64,000 nucleotides of DNA, from NCBI GenBank assembly GCA_963745835.1, contig CAVUZH010000018.1, positions 448,001 through 512,000 on the forward strand, written 5' to 3'. The DNA comes from an uncultured delta proteobacterium. GTDB lineage: Bacteria; Desulfobacterota; Binatia; UBA9968. Shown one piece after another: positions 51,673-62,752 of this stretch (the first letter of the stretch is position 1; every line of letters begins with the position of its first letter). The position numbers were made by a program, and so were the translations under genes. The notes under the pieces were generated by a model, which saw only the letters and a list, made by a program, of their open reading frames with translations, was not told the origin of the DNA and did not search any database.

Positions 51673-52800
51673 CTAACCCCAAACCTCACTGGCCACACGT
51701 ACGACCAGCGATAACTTTGCAACCTCGGCATCGGAGCTGATGTTATTACCCAAGACTGTGCTCGAGAAACCGCACTGAGGGCTGAGCGCGAGCTGTTCCA
51801 GAGGTACATATTGGGCTGCTTCGTCGATGCGTCGTTTGAGTTGGTCTGCGGTTTCCATTTCACCGCTTTTGGTTGTCACCAGGCCGAGGACGATCTTTTT
51901 TTGTTTGGGGACAAAGCGGAGCGGTGAAAAACTCCCGGCTCGAGGCGAGTCGTATTCGAGAAAAAAACCATCAAGCTTGAATTCGTTGAATAGAATCTCA
52001 GCCACCGGATCGTAACCGCCCTCGGCGGCCCAGGCGCTGCGAAAGTTGCCCCGGCAGATATGCATACATACGGTCATATTTGCCGGCCGGTCTGCGATGC
52101 AGTCATTAATTAGTTTTGCGTATATGTGCGGCAGCTGGTTGGGGTCCTCGCCGATGCGGCGCACGCTCTCGCGCATCTTCTCGTCGCAAAGATAGGCCAT
52201 GTTCGGATCGTCGAGTTGTAGATAGGTACAACCGAGCTCCGCCAGGGCGCGAATCTCTTCACGATAGACTTGCGCCAGGTCACTGTAGAAACGATCCATG
52301 TCAGGGTACGCCTGTTTGTCGACCGCGTCGCGTCCGCCGCGCATGTGCAGAATCGTCGGCGATGGAATGCACAGCTTTGGCGTTCGAGTAGTCACCGAGG
52401 CCAAGTATTCAAAATTGTCGGTCTCAATCCCCCGGCTGCGCTCAAGATGGCCTGTCGTATAAAACCGGGTCGGTGACCGTTCGATTTCTTGCCCACCCGA
52501 CTGAAACTTGCGACCAACGCCAGAGCCGTCGGCGACGCCTTCCTTGACGCTGACGCCTTCGATCTGCCGCAAAAAATCTGCATGCCAGATGGTGCGGCGA
52601 TATTCGCCATCCGTGATGCCTTGCAGGCCGATTTCTTCCTGCAGCTTGGCGACGTCGCGAATGCAGCGGTCTTCGATTTCCCGCAGCGAGGCGCTCGATA
52701 GAGTTCCTCGCTGATGCTGCTCACGAGCGCTCAACAGTTCCGGCGGTCTTAGCAAGCTGCCGACATGGTCGGCGCGAAAAGGCGCAATTTTTTCACTCAT
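51673..52800 (-). CDS. Cobalamin-independent methionine synthase II family (MetE C-domain-only) protein
   Basis: RADHVGSLLRP, TDGEYRR, HICRGN, FFLEYD and SPQCGF zinc-ligand motifs. Confidence 0.9.
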   Translation of the reverse strand: MSEKIAPFRADHVGSLLRPPELLSAREQHQRGTLSSASLREIEDRCIRDVAKLQEEIGLQGITDGEYRRTIWHADFLRQIEGVSVKEGVADGSGVGRKFQSGGQEIERSPTRFYTTGHLERSRGIETDNFEYLASVTTRTPKLCIPSPTILHMRGGRDAVDKQAYPDMDRFYSDLAQVYREEIRALAELGCTYLQLDDPNMAYLCDEKMRESVRRIGEDPNQLPHIYAKLINDCIADRPANMTVCMHICRGNFRSAWAAEGGYDPVAEILFNEFKLDGFFLEYDSPRAGSFSPLRFVPKQKKIVLGLVTTKSGEMETADQLKRRIDEAAQYVPLEQLALSPQCGFSSTVLGNNISSDAEVAKLSLVVRVASEVWG

Positions 52801-52977
52801 AGGCGCATCCTCGTCGAAATAGTAATCGCAATCTCTTCGATAAGAGAAGAGTAACGCGTTTAAAAGCTAAGCTGCATGACGGTGACGACTCGGTACATAT
52901 GCACTGCGGCAATTGATAAATCAAATTCGCCATCTCCCGCAGAGTCTTTAAATAACTCGCTACTTAGGCCGGCAAAG

Positions 52978-53991
52978 TTATTTTTTGTAGAGCGCTTCAA
53001 TAACTCCGCTGTCATCCAGTTCCTTGACGAAGCGGGCGTCGATCATTTCTTGCGCGTTCATAATCGCCGCTTTTGGATTGGTCAAGGACATTTCCCGCAA
53101 GACGCTCTGGTAGCCTTCCAGTGGCGGGTAGGGTTTAGCGGGCATGTTCTCATTAAACCAGGACCAGGTGTGTTCAAGCACCTTTCGATCTTCCATGCGG
53201 GAGTATTTTCGCATGATCTGGATGGTCTCTTCTTTGTGGTTCTTGAAATAATGGATCGCCTCGACATAAGCCCGCGTATATCGTCGCACCGTGTCCGGCT
53301 GCTCTTTGATGACCTTGGCTGTCGTGCAAATCGCGCGCTGCGGAAACGGTATCCGCAGCGAGATCAGATCGAGCATCACCGGGAAGCCGAGCTTGTCGAC
53401 GATGGGCTTTTCCGCTTCAGTGAGTACAGTGAACTGAGCAATTCCCTTCTGCATCGCAGCGACTCGGTCGAGAAGAACACCGATCGGGCGTAAACTCACA
53501 TCCTTAAGCGGATCCAGGCCCAGCTTACTTAGGCTGATCCGCAGGGCAAAGTCGGCGATGGTTCCGGGGCTGTGATTTGCGCCTATTTTACCCCTTAAAT
53601 CCTCCGGTCGTTTGATTCCCGGCAAGGTGACAAAATAATATGTGAGAATATTTGAGTTACCCGCGATCGCCACTACATCGCTTCCAGCGATACGGGCGCT
53701 GGCAACCGCCGGTCCGGCACTTTCGCCGATGGCAGTTTCGCCGGCGAGGATCGCCTGCAGTGCGCGGACACTGCTCGGAATGAGAATTGGCGCGACATCG
53801 AGGCCATGCTTGTCGAATAGCCGCGCTTCTTTGGCCACCCAGATCACCGCCGATGCGCCAGGGGCAGGAGAGAAAAAAGCAGTGTTAAGTTTTTCCGCAG
53901 CCCTTGGCTGCTCCGCGCCAGTAAAAAATACCGCAAAGAAGATCAATGCCAAGGTACGCCACTTCAGCTCGTGACTTTGAGTGTTAAGCAT
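52978..53991 (-). CDS. NitT/TauT ABC substrate-binding protein
   Basis: RBS GAGGAGG before MLNTQ; WVAKEARLFDKHGLD, DLRGKIG and IDARFVKELDDSG motifs. Confidence 0.88.
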   Translation of the reverse strand: MLNTQSHELKWRTLALIFFAVFFTGAEQPRAAEKLNTAFFSPAPGASAVIWVAKEARLFDKHGLDVAPILIPSSVRALQAILAGETAIGESAGPAVASARIAGSDVVAIAGNSNILTYYFVTLPGIKRPEDLRGKIGANHSPGTIADFALRISLSKLGLDPLKDVSLRPIGVLLDRVAAMQKGIAQFTVLTEAEKPIVDKLGFPVMLDLISLRIPFPQRAICTTAKVIKEQPDTVRRYTRAYVEAIHYFKNHKEETIQIMRKYSRMEDRKVLEHTWSWFNENMPAKPYPPLEGYQSVLREMSLTNPKAAIMNAQEMIDARFVKELDDSGVIEALYKK

Positions 53992-54046
53992 AACCTCCTC
54001 CTTTCGAAGATCAGTAATTGGCGATCGGAGCATTGTTTTAGCCCAT

Positions 54047-55726
54047 TTACTTTTGTGCGGCGGCTTTTCTGCGGCCGATGGCGGCTTCGGCTCTTGGGCT
54101 GATGGCGCGCTCGATGGCAACGTTGAGCAGCGCGGGCTTGCCGCTTGCCATAGCTCGCTGCAGGGCAGGCGCGAGGTCAGTGGCGCGCTCGACGAACTCG
54201 CCGTAGCCACCCAAGCCTTTCACCACTTCGTCGTACCGAGTTTGCAATAAATCAGTGGCGACCGGGCGGCCATAGAGGCCGAGTTGGATTTGCCGGTCGA
54301 TGCCCCACGCCGAATCGTTGCCGAGGATCTCGATGATGTTGAGCTTGTGGCGCACCGCGGTGTCGAACTCCATGGCATTGAAACCGAAAGCGCCGTCGCC
54401 GCTGAGCACGAAGACGCGCGAATCAGGATAAGCGACTTTCGCGGCGAGCGCCGAGGGCAACGAGGAACCGAGCATACCCAAACTCGACACGTTCAACCAG
54501 CGTTTCGGCTTCAGCGCCGGTAAATAGGAGCGGCCGAAATGGCAAAAATCGCCGCCGTCGAAGATCAGACAGTCGTCGGGCTTGAGAATCGATTTGAGCG
54601 TCTTGTGCACGTAGAGCGCGTGCATCGGCGCCGTGCGCTGAATCAATTTCTCTGCCCACTCGGCTTGGGCCGCGCGAGCGGCGCGCAATTCTTCTATCCA
54701 TGGGAGCTCTTTCCACTGGTGATTGGCCGCCTCGTTGTTCAGCTGGTCAACAATGCTGGTGACGTCGCCGACTATGCCAACATCGACGCCGCGATTACGG
54801 CCGATCTCCAACGGCGAAGGATCGATCTGGATGATTTTTGCATTCGCCGCAATATGCGGCGGGCGGCAAAAGCCGATGATGAAGTCCTGTTTGCGGCCCA
54901 ACAGCACGACGACATCGGCGTCGCGCACTTTGGCCGCGGCGCGATTGAGTCCGCGCTCGAAATAGCCGAAGACGTAGGGGTGATCGTCGCCGACGATGCC
55001 GCGCGATTGCTCTTCGGTGACCAGCGGCATCTTGGTCGTTTCGATGAAGCGCTGCAACGATTCACCAGATAGCGTGTAACCGGCGGCCGTGCCGGCGATC
55101 AGCAGCGGCCGCTCGGCTCGATTTAACAAAGCTATCGCTTTGCGCACCCGCTCGGAATCGGTTAACTGCGGCGCGTTGGGGCGATAGCCGTCGCGCTCGA
55201 TGAACACGACGTCGTCTTCCTCGACACTCTGCTCCTGAATATCGATGGGAATGGTCAAATGCACCGGCCCGCGCCGGCCGCTGAACGCCAGGCGCATGGC
55301 GCGGGCGATGAATTCCGGGATTCGTTTCACGTTGTCGACCAGGAACGACCCTTTGGTCACCGGCGCGGCCATGTGAACCTGATCGATCTCCTGCTGTGCG
55401 CCGCGCCCCAAGTCGTGCATATCGGCCGAGCCGGCGATCGATAGGATCGGCGCTTCGGTGTGAAGCGCATTGGTCAAGCCGGGGATGGCATTGGCAAAGC
55501 CGGGAGTCGTGTACATGCAAACGCCCGGCTGTTCGGTGAGCCGTGCCCAGGCGTCGGCCATATGCACGGCGGCCTGCTCGTGGCGCGTGTCGATGATGCG
55601 AAAGTCCTGATCGGACATCACGTCGAGCAGCGGCAGAATATGGTCGCCGGCGAGGCCGAAGATGTTCTTGACGCCTTCGAGTTTGAGGGCTCTGCAGATA
55701 AGATGACTTCCGGTGACTTGGGCCAT
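54047..55726 (-). CDS. Thiamine-pyrophosphate enzyme (acetolactate synthase / 2-hydroxyacyl-CoA lyase-like)
   Basis: RHEQAAVHMADAWAR, GPVHLTIP and the GDGAFGF...GNDSAW TPP motif. Confidence 0.9.
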   Translation of the reverse strand: MAQVTGSHLICRALKLEGVKNIFGLAGDHILPLLDVMSDQDFRIIDTRHEQAAVHMADAWARLTEQPGVCMYTTPGFANAIPGLTNALHTEAPILSIAGSADMHDLGRGAQQEIDQVHMAAPVTKGSFLVDNVKRIPEFIARAMRLAFSGRRGPVHLTIPIDIQEQSVEEDDVVFIERDGYRPNAPQLTDSERVRKAIALLNRAERPLLIAGTAAGYTLSGESLQRFIETTKMPLVTEEQSRGIVGDDHPYVFGYFERGLNRAAAKVRDADVVVLLGRKQDFIIGFCRPPHIAANAKIIQIDPSPLEIGRNRGVDVGIVGDVTSIVDQLNNEAANHQWKELPWIEELRAARAAQAEWAEKLIQRTAPMHALYVHKTLKSILKPDDCLIFDGGDFCHFGRSYLPALKPKRWLNVSSLGMLGSSLPSALAAKVAYPDSRVFVLSGDGAFGFNAMEFDTAVRHKLNIIEILGNDSAWGIDRQIQLGLYGRPVATDLLQTRYDEVVKGLGGYGEFVERATDLAPALQRAMASGKPALLNVAIERAISPRAEAAIGRRKAAAQK

Positions 55727-56479
55727 GACTGTCTCCTTTTGGCTTGCGCACGCTTGATGGAAGAATATCCTGCGTGGAAGAATATAACGAGGGGTTGTTT
55801 TGTCCTTTGTAGCGCATCCCGAGCCAACGATAACACAAACGAAAACCTAAACCGTGAAAAATTGGTTACTGAATTGCAACTTTGGTTTCAAAAGATTAGG
55901 ACCTCGAGGGCAGCAAAAATTGTAGCGCGCGTGGGAATGCTAAAGTGATAGCTTGCATCATTGAAGCCCGAGCGAGGCGTCATGGCAGTAAATATCCATG
56001 CATTGAAAGAGCTGACTCCACCGCGGGCATGCCGTTCAAGATACAGCGCTTTAGCCACGCGGTGATCTAGAACGACGCGCGCGCACTAGGCTCAGAATCG
56101 GTACTTTTGGTTCGACTCAACTGCCTGGCGGGAAGTGCGTCTTTTTTGTCTATACCCATCAAAACGTCACAATTGTGGAGCGACGGTTTCGGCGGATGAC
56201 GCTCACAATAGCCGCAGCCTTGTGCCGCACTGATTACACGGCAGAAGTAGCAAGCCGTGGGACTCTCTCGCTCATTTGCAGGGACAGCCTCAAACCGCTC
56301 GCGCGCTGCTACGTATTGTGATCTGACTTTGCTCCGATTGCGACGCCTCGAAGCAACTACTAAGCGGTCGATTGACTCGAGGTGGGACAAGCTGCAGCAG
56401 GGCGACGAAGACTAGATTGACTCGGCGGAACTGTTAAGCTTCAAGACGCGGGCCAATCGCGCTGACCGAAAGTAATTCG

Positions 56480-57805
56480 GTGACAAAGAACCACGCAGTC
56501 GAAATTCTATCAATCGAGGGACGGGAGGTCCGAGTGACCAACCCCGACAAACCCTATTTTTCCAAGCAGACTAAGCTCTCGAAACTCGATCTCGTTCGCT
56601 ACTATCTGTCGGTTGCGCCGGGAGCTTTGGCTGGGATCCGCGATCGCCCCGTGGTTCTCAAGCGTTTCGTCGATGGCGCCGAAGCCGAGGCGTTCTATCA
56701 GAAACGCGCCCCCGCCAATCGGCCCTCGTGGTTGCGAACGGTGACGTTGTCGTTTCCTTCGGGACGCAAAGCGGAAGAAGTCGTAGTCGATGACGCGGCG
56801 GGACTTGCGTGGATTGTGAACCTGGGTTGCATCGAGCTCCATCCACACCCGGTGCGTTCCGCCAATCTTGAGCATCCGGACGAGTTGCGCGTCGATCTCG
56901 ATCCAATTCCCGGCGTCGAATGGGAGGACGTTCGCCGTGTTGCGCTTGAGGTGAAGTCTTTTCTCGATGAGATGGGTCTTCGTGGCTGGCCTAAGACCAG
57001 CGGTTCACGGGGAATGCACGTCAATGTTCGGATCGAACCGCGCTGGACGTTCCTCGAGGTGCGCCGCGCCGCGCTGGCATTGTCGCGCGCCGTCGAGCGG
57101 CGTCTACCGACTCTGGCCAGCTCGAAGTGGTGGAAGGAGGAGCGTCACGGCGTTTTCCTCGATTATAACCAGAATGCCAAAGACCGTACCACTTGCTCTG
57201 CGTATTCGGTGCGCCCGCTTCCCGATGCTCGGGTATCCACACCACTTAGCTGGAACGAAGTCCCCGATTGCAATCCCGCCGAGTTCACGGTGCTCACCGT
57301 TCCCAAGCGCTTGGCCGAGCTCGGTGATCCACACGCAGACATGGACGCAGCGGCGGGCTCGCTCGAGAAGCTGCTCGAGCTCGCGGCAGAAGACGAGGCG
57401 GCCGGCCTCGGCGACGCGCCGTGGCCGCCACACTTTCGTAAGATGGAGGGCGAAGCGCCGCGTGTGCAGCCTTCGCGCGCCCGATCGGCGAGGAAGAAAA
57501 CGATCGTCAAGAAGCCACGGACCAGGGCGCCGCTTCTGGTGGTCGCGAATTCTCCAAGCAGAGAAGCAGCCCTCGCCGGTCTGGAAAGATGGAATAGGAA
57601 ACATCCCGAAGTGGCTGCGCTTCTCGCGTTGGATGACGTGCTGATCGACTCCATGCGCGGCCGCTCGTCCACCTGGACGCGCATCCGAGTGAACCTGCGA
57701 AATGTGCCGGAAGAAATGCGCCCCGCGCAAGAAACCCCCGACCCTGACGATGACCCCACCCGTGAATGGCGTGAACGGCGCGCTACGAAGGAGGATGGGA
57801 GTTAG
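56480..57805 (+). CDS. Stand-alone LigD-type primase-polymerase (AEP) with C-terminal extension
   Basis: VTNPDK, FYQKRAP, PDELRVDLDP, KTSGSRGMHV, FLDYNQN and SAYSVRP motifs. Confidence 0.9.
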   Translation: MTKNHAVEILSIEGREVRVTNPDKPYFSKQTKLSKLDLVRYYLSVAPGALAGIRDRPVVLKRFVDGAEAEAFYQKRAPANRPSWLRTVTLSFPSGRKAEEVVVDDAAGLAWIVNLGCIELHPHPVRSANLEHPDELRVDLDPIPGVEWEDVRRVALEVKSFLDEMGLRGWPKTSGSRGMHVNVRIEPRWTFLEVRRAALALSRAVERRLPTLASSKWWKEERHGVFLDYNQNAKDRTTCSAYSVRPLPDARVSTPLSWNEVPDCNPAEFTVLTVPKRLAELGDPHADMDAAAGSLEKLLELAAEDEAAGLGDAPWPPHFRKMEGEAPRVQPSRARSARKKTIVKKPRTRAPLLVVANSPSREAALAGLERWNRKHPEVAALLALDDVLIDSMRGRSSTWTRIRVNLRNVPEEMRPAQETPDPDDDPTREWRERRATKEDGS

Positions 57806-57871
57806 CGCTGAATCTTCATGCAACGAGGAAACACTCGCAAAATATCCATCTAAGAATTTCTCCCACGTAGC

Positions 57872-58645
57872 ATGCCCGAATCAATCCGCGTCGAACAGCT
57901 TTCCAAGCTATACCGGTCCAGGGATGGGACCGAAGTCGAGGCGCTTCGCGACGTCTCCTTCACGGTAGGGCGCGGCGAGTTTGTTTCGATAGTCGGCCAA
58001 AGCGGCTGTGGCAAGTCGAGCTTGCTGAAAATTCTTGCGGGCCTTCTTTCCAAGACCAGCGGCGTGATCTCTATCGAAGATCGCGAGCTGGATGGACCTC
58101 GCAGCGATATCGGTCTCATGTTCCAGAAGCCGCTGCTGCTGGAATGGCGCCGCGTGCTGGATAACGTATTGCTGCCGGTGGAGATCTATCGGCTCGATCG
58201 GAAAAAATATGAGGAGAAAGCGCGCAGGCTACTCGGCACCGCCGGTCTAGCGGATTTCCTCACGAAGTATCCATTCGAGCTTTCCGGCGGCATGCAGCAA
58301 CGGGTTGCCCTCTGCCGCGCGCTCGTGGCGGAGCCTTCGCTCCTTTTGATGGACGAACCTTTCGGCGCGCTCGACACACTGACCCGGCAAAAAATGGGTT
58401 TTGAGCTACTTCGGTTGTGGGAAGAATGGAAGAGCACGGTCTTGTTCGTCACCCACGACGTTGACGAGGCTGTCATGCTCTCCGACAAGGTTCTGGTGAT
58501 GTCTTCCCGTCCTGGAACAGTCCTGGGCTCGTTTAGCGTCGATCTCGCGCGACCGCGTCAGATCTTCATCAAAGACACTGCTGAGTTCATCCGGATTAGC
58601 AGCCGCATCCGGCGCTGTCTGTGGGAGGAAGTCGCCGATGCTTGA
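57872..58645 (+). CDS. NitT/TauT ABC transporter ATP-binding protein
   Basis: GQSGCGKS, LSGGMQQR, LLMDEPF and FVTHD motifs. Confidence 0.95.
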   Translation: MPESIRVEQLSKLYRSRDGTEVEALRDVSFTVGRGEFVSIVGQSGCGKSSLLKILAGLLSKTSGVISIEDRELDGPRSDIGLMFQKPLLLEWRRVLDNVLLPVEIYRLDRKKYEEKARRLLGTAGLADFLTKYPFELSGGMQQRVALCRALVAEPSLLLMDEPFGALDTLTRQKMGFELLRLWEEWKSTVLFVTHDVDEAVMLSDKVLVMSSRPGTVLGSFSVDLARPRQIFIKDTAEFIRISSRIRRCLWEEVADA

Positions 58646-59408
58646 GGCGCTTCAAGCCGGAAGAGTCGCGCGCGTAACTATTTTCTATGCCGGCGCGATA
58701 CTTCTCTGGGAAGTGCTGGTCAAGCTGCTCCAGGTGCCGGACTGGCTTGTACCCGCGCCTTCTCAGATCGTCGACGTCATCATCGACAAGAACTCGGTGA
58801 TGCTGTCGCACACCCTGGTAACGTTGTACGAAAGCGTGCTGGGCTTTGCTCTCGCTTTGGTGCTCGGCGTTATTTGCGCAATCGGGATCGTCCACTTTCC
58901 GCTCCTGCGTGACACGCTCTATCCGGGATTGATCATGTTTAACTCTTTCCCCAAGGTCGCGATCGCGCCTCTGTTCGTCGTATGGATCGGCATCGGCATC
59001 GAATCGAAGATCGCCAACGCCTTCCTCACGGCAGTGTTTCCGATCGTGCTTAATACCATCATGGGGCTAACCAACATGGATCCGGAATTGCTCGAGCTGG
59101 TTCGTTCGATGTCGAAGAGTCGCTGGGTCTTGTTCTGGAAAATTCGCCTGCCCCATTCGCTCCCTTATCTTTTTGCCGGATGCAAGATCGCGATCTCGTT
59201 GGCCGTCATCGGAGCGATCGTCGGAGAATTCATCTCGGGAAGGTCCGGGCTGGGCTACCTGGTGCTCTCCGCCAACAACTATTTCAATACGCCGATGGCC
59301 TTTACCGCGCTTCTCTACCTGGTGTTGATGTCACTGGCGCTTTACGGCTTGGTGATTTTGGCGGAGAAACTCATCCTTCCCTGGTCGCGCCGGGAAACTG
59401 CTGGGTGA
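58638..59408 (+). CDS. NitT/TauT ABC transporter permease
   Basis: VPAPSQI, PKVAIAP, KIRLPHSLPY and GAIVGEF motifs. Confidence 0.92.
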   Translation: MLEALQAGRVARVTIFYAGAILLWEVLVKLLQVPDWLVPAPSQIVDVIIDKNSVMLSHTLVTLYESVLGFALALVLGVICAIGIVHFPLLRDTLYPGLIMFNSFPKVAIAPLFVVWIGIGIESKIANAFLTAVFPIVLNTIMGLTNMDPELLELVRSMSKSRWVLFWKIRLPHSLPYLFAGCKIAISLAVIGAIVGEFISGRSGLGYLVLSANNYFNTPMAFTALLYLVLMSLALYGLVILAEKLILPWSRRETAG

Positions 59409-59734
59409 AACGGTCAATGACTCTACTGTTCAAACGTTCAACCGCTTCGCTTCGGTTCGAGACGTTAACCATAAATTCTTCCCAATCGTTGACGCTTGCG
59501 GAACGAGCTTGGACAGTTCACTCACGGCAGGAAAAAAGAACCGCATTCTCAACCGCTTGCAATGGCGCGGTAGATTGGTCATCCACTGCGCCACTCGTCT
59601 ATGGCGCAATTCAACAATTGGCGGTGATTGACAACCCGCTCGTCAAGAAGTTAAATCTCGCGCAATCGTGATTTTTGAGCGGCTAATACTAAGTAACTCG
59701 GCAGACCAAGAACGGAATTGACGGTGAAGATTGC

Positions 59735-60520
59735 ATGAAGGAGTATGTAGCGACAGACATCGCTGAATTAATTCGCGCTATAATCGAAATCACGCGAGGG
59801 CAGGAAAATTCGCAACAGTGGTGGCGCGGACATGCTGATGTCAAATGGTCTTTAGTACCGAGCCTTTATAGAAGAGGTTTCGAGAGTAAGGAGAGCAACA
59901 TCAACGCTCGATTCATGATGAAGGCCAAGCCGCGATATCCCAACTGTCCCAGCAACAGCGATGCCTTCTCTTGGCTGTTTCTAATGCAGCACTATCGCCT
60001 TCCTACGCGCTTGTTAGATTGGTCAGAGTCACCCTTGGTCGCAATGTACTTTGCCATAGCCGCGGACGCGGGCCATGGTACCGATGGAGCACTCTGGGCA
60101 CTTACGCCCACGGGACTGAATCTCCACCAACTGAAAAGGGAGGCGATCTGCATGCCAGGCAGCAGCGAGCTTAGGAAATTGGCTCGTGACGCCTTCTTGG
60201 GAAATAAGGAAGGTCCGGATCGAAGGATTCTCTCCGTGCTAACAGAGCAAACCGATTTGCGGCATATGGTGCAACAGTCCGTTTTCACCATTCACGGGTG
60301 TGCTACTCCGATAAACGAGCTGCCGGAATCCAGCGCCTATTTGGCCAAGATCCGAATCCCTGTAACCGTCAAGCCTGCTTTTCAGCAAGTGCTGACCCTG
60401 TTTGGAATTTCGCGTTCTGGTTTGTTTCCCGATCTTGAAAACTTAGCGGCGGAACTGGGATCACTGGACTTTGTGTTGCATGCCGCGGAAACCGCTCAGA
60501 TCGACCGCCTGCGCGATTGA
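59735..60520 (+). CDS. FRG domain protein
   Basis: WWRGH, LVPSLYR, MQHYRLPTRLLDWSESPLVAMYFA, QQSVFTIH and LFPDL motifs. Confidence 0.88.
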   Translation: MKEYVATDIAELIRAIIEITRGQENSQQWWRGHADVKWSLVPSLYRRGFESKESNINARFMMKAKPRYPNCPSNSDAFSWLFLMQHYRLPTRLLDWSESPLVAMYFAIAADAGHGTDGALWALTPTGLNLHQLKREAICMPGSSELRKLARDAFLGNKEGPDRRILSVLTEQTDLRHMVQQSVFTIHGCATPINELPESSAYLAKIRIPVTVKPAFQQVLTLFGISRSGLFPDLENLAAELGSLDFVLHAAETAQIDRLRD

Positions 60521-61061
60521 TTTCTCCATCAACTAATTGACTGAATTGTCCGCCTTCTGTCTGTACAGTAGAAACAAGAAGCCCCAAGGGTCGCCAATTA
60601 AGGTAACGCTCAGGGCTTGAAATGCTTGGAATTTACTGCGGTCTATTGGTTCCTGTCACTGCCTTCTTTGGTGTGCGATTCTAGCGCTCTCCTTACTGAG
60701 CTACCCATAAATCTAAGAATGATAACTTGGAACTCGCGGAAGCTGGCTCGCACGGAAATTGCCGCCTTTGGGTCCGCCTTCTCACCAACTGCTTTTTTAC
60801 TTCGGCAATTTCGGCGGAGTCGTTGCCTCCGACGCAACTGAAGCGGTTAACGCTTCCATAAACACGACTAAATCTTTTTGCTCGCCCAGGGATAGATTAG
60901 ATTGAGCGAGGGTCTTTCGTTCAAGCCACTTCGGTGTGCCGCCTTTGTTGTAGAACCCCACCACTCTTCCAACGTTCCAACTACGCGCTTAACTGCGCCG
61001 CACAAAGAAAAGAGAAGGTAAACTCGTGGGGTAGGGGGGGGACATGCGGGGACGCTCTTGA

Positions 61062-61400
61062 CTACATGGACAAACTTCGTGTCAGAATCTTTGAAACTCC
61101 AGATGCGGAGATACCCACTTGGCGAGCGACTTCGGCGATGGGCACGCCATAATCCTCCACTAGCCCTTGAACGATCTTCACTCTAGCGGCGGGCAGTTTC
61201 CCACGGCGGCTCCCGCTTCGTAGTTCTGTTAGCGATATGCCGTCCTTCTTGCAGGCCGCGGCAACGAAACGCTCTGTATAGCATTTTGTTTTCTTGAAGG
61301 CGTTTTGCCGGATTGTCCGCGCATCTGCTTCTTTTAGAACACGCTCTACAAATGCTCCGCTGCCAAAAATCCGCTCATCAGTTGACTCTTCAGTCCTGCG
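61062..61400 (-). pseudogene. C-terminal remnant of a REP-associated/IS200-like tyrosine transposase (HTH tail)
   Basis: DERIFGSGAFVERVL...GSRR...IAEVARQVGIS.SGVS; the catalytic HUH/Y1 domain is missing. Confidence 0.6.
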
Positions 61401-61566
61401 CCGTGTCCCTTCCTCCGTCTCTATACGATGGCAAAGTTTTCGTAGATCGAAAGACGCCACCGCCAACGGCGCAATCGCGGGAAGATGGAAAACATCCGGC
61501 GCTTGACAAGCAACACTACGCGATTATCTAATGCGCGCGATTAAGCCGTAGGAAGGAGAAAACAAT

Positions 61567-62548
61567 ATGCTCCCGGCTTTATTAATAATCCTTGTCGTCG
61601 CGGTGATTCCGTCCGAGCTACAGGGCGCAGGAGCGCTATTCGGTCAGCTATGGCGGCTTCGCCGGCTATCATGCGCCCTTATGGGCTGCCAAGGATCTGG
61701 GGCTCTTCGCCAAGCACGGCCTCAACGCCGATCCAGTCATGATCGCCGGTTCGGCGCGGGGCATGCAGGCGCTGCTTTCGGGCAGCACCCACTTTGCCCT
61801 TGCCGATGCCACTGGTCCGGTAAGCGCGCTCTATCAGGGCGCCGATGTCGTTCTCGTAGCCAGCGCGATGAACAAATTCCCCTTCAGCATGTACGCCCAG
61901 AAAGAGATCACCCGGCACGCCGACCTCAAGGGCAAACGAATCGGCATCGCCAGTTTCGGCGGCGCCACGGAATGGGGGCTTAACCTTGGGCTAAGAGAAT
62001 GGAACATCCCGCGCGATTCAGTCACGGTCACCGCTCACGGTCCCGGCGCCAACCGGCTTCTGGCGCTGTCGACTAAAGGCGTCGATGCGGCTCTGTTAGC
62101 GCCTCCGGAATCGGCCCAGGCAGAGCGCGAAGGAATGCGGTTTCTCGGCCATTTGAGCGAGCTCAAGGCGAACTTCCCGATGGCGGTGGTGGTCGTGCGC
62201 CGCGCCTTTCTGGAAAAAAACCGCGACCCGGTCAAACGTTTCGTCCAAGCCTATTCGGAGGCGATTCACGAGTTCAAAACGGACAAAGACAAGATGATCG
62301 CCGTGTACAACCAGCGGCTCAAACAGAGAAATCCCCAAGTGATCGAACAGACCTACAGTTATTTCGCGCCGATTTTCTTTTTACCGCCGCGCGTGCCGCT
62401 CGACGGCGCCCGCTATACGGTGGAGTTGATCGCGCAACGATCGGCGCCGGGCAAGTCGGCGCCCGTTGTCGAGCAATTCGTCGATAACAGCATCGTTGAT
62501 GAGCTGGAGCGGGAAGGTTTCTTCAAGAAACTTGGCGCGCGGCGCTAA
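61567..62548 (+). CDS. NitT/TauT ABC substrate-binding protein, +1 frameshift near 61623
   Basis: RBS AAGGAG and signal peptide in ORF 61567. The mature part (ERYSVSYGG..WAAKDLGLFAKHGL, DLKGKRIGI) is in the frame of ORF 61739. Confidence 0.85.
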
Positions 62549-62752
62549 AATCCATTCGATTTGCTAGGCCGCAGTAAAGCGTATTTTTTGCTCCACGTGA
62601 GAGTTCGTCAAATCGTGCCTGCCACCGGATTGTTGCTGCACTCGGTCGCACAAAGCGCGCTAGTGCGGGCAAGGACCTCGCCTTGATTTCACGTATTTGA
62701 TGGCGGTAAATAGCGGAGGCAAATTCACCCAAGCTGTCCTCGAGGAGACTCT

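Noticed and set aside
52800-52975. SAM or cobalamin riboswitch upstream of the MetE-like gene
   Set aside because: No consensus elements found on the minus strand.
56067-56390. 107-aa minus-strand ORF with scattered Cys pairs
   Set aside because: Non-ATG start, no RBS or family motif; cannot be supported.
6202-62548. Six frameshifts in otherwise intact genes (near 7050, 10475, 18003, 18140, 31895, 61623) as programmed frameshifting or pseudogenes
   Set aside because: All are +1, mostly in 2-3 nt homopolymers, with no slippery heptamer and no other decay. Long-read insertion errors are the most parsimonious explanation; read mapping would decide.
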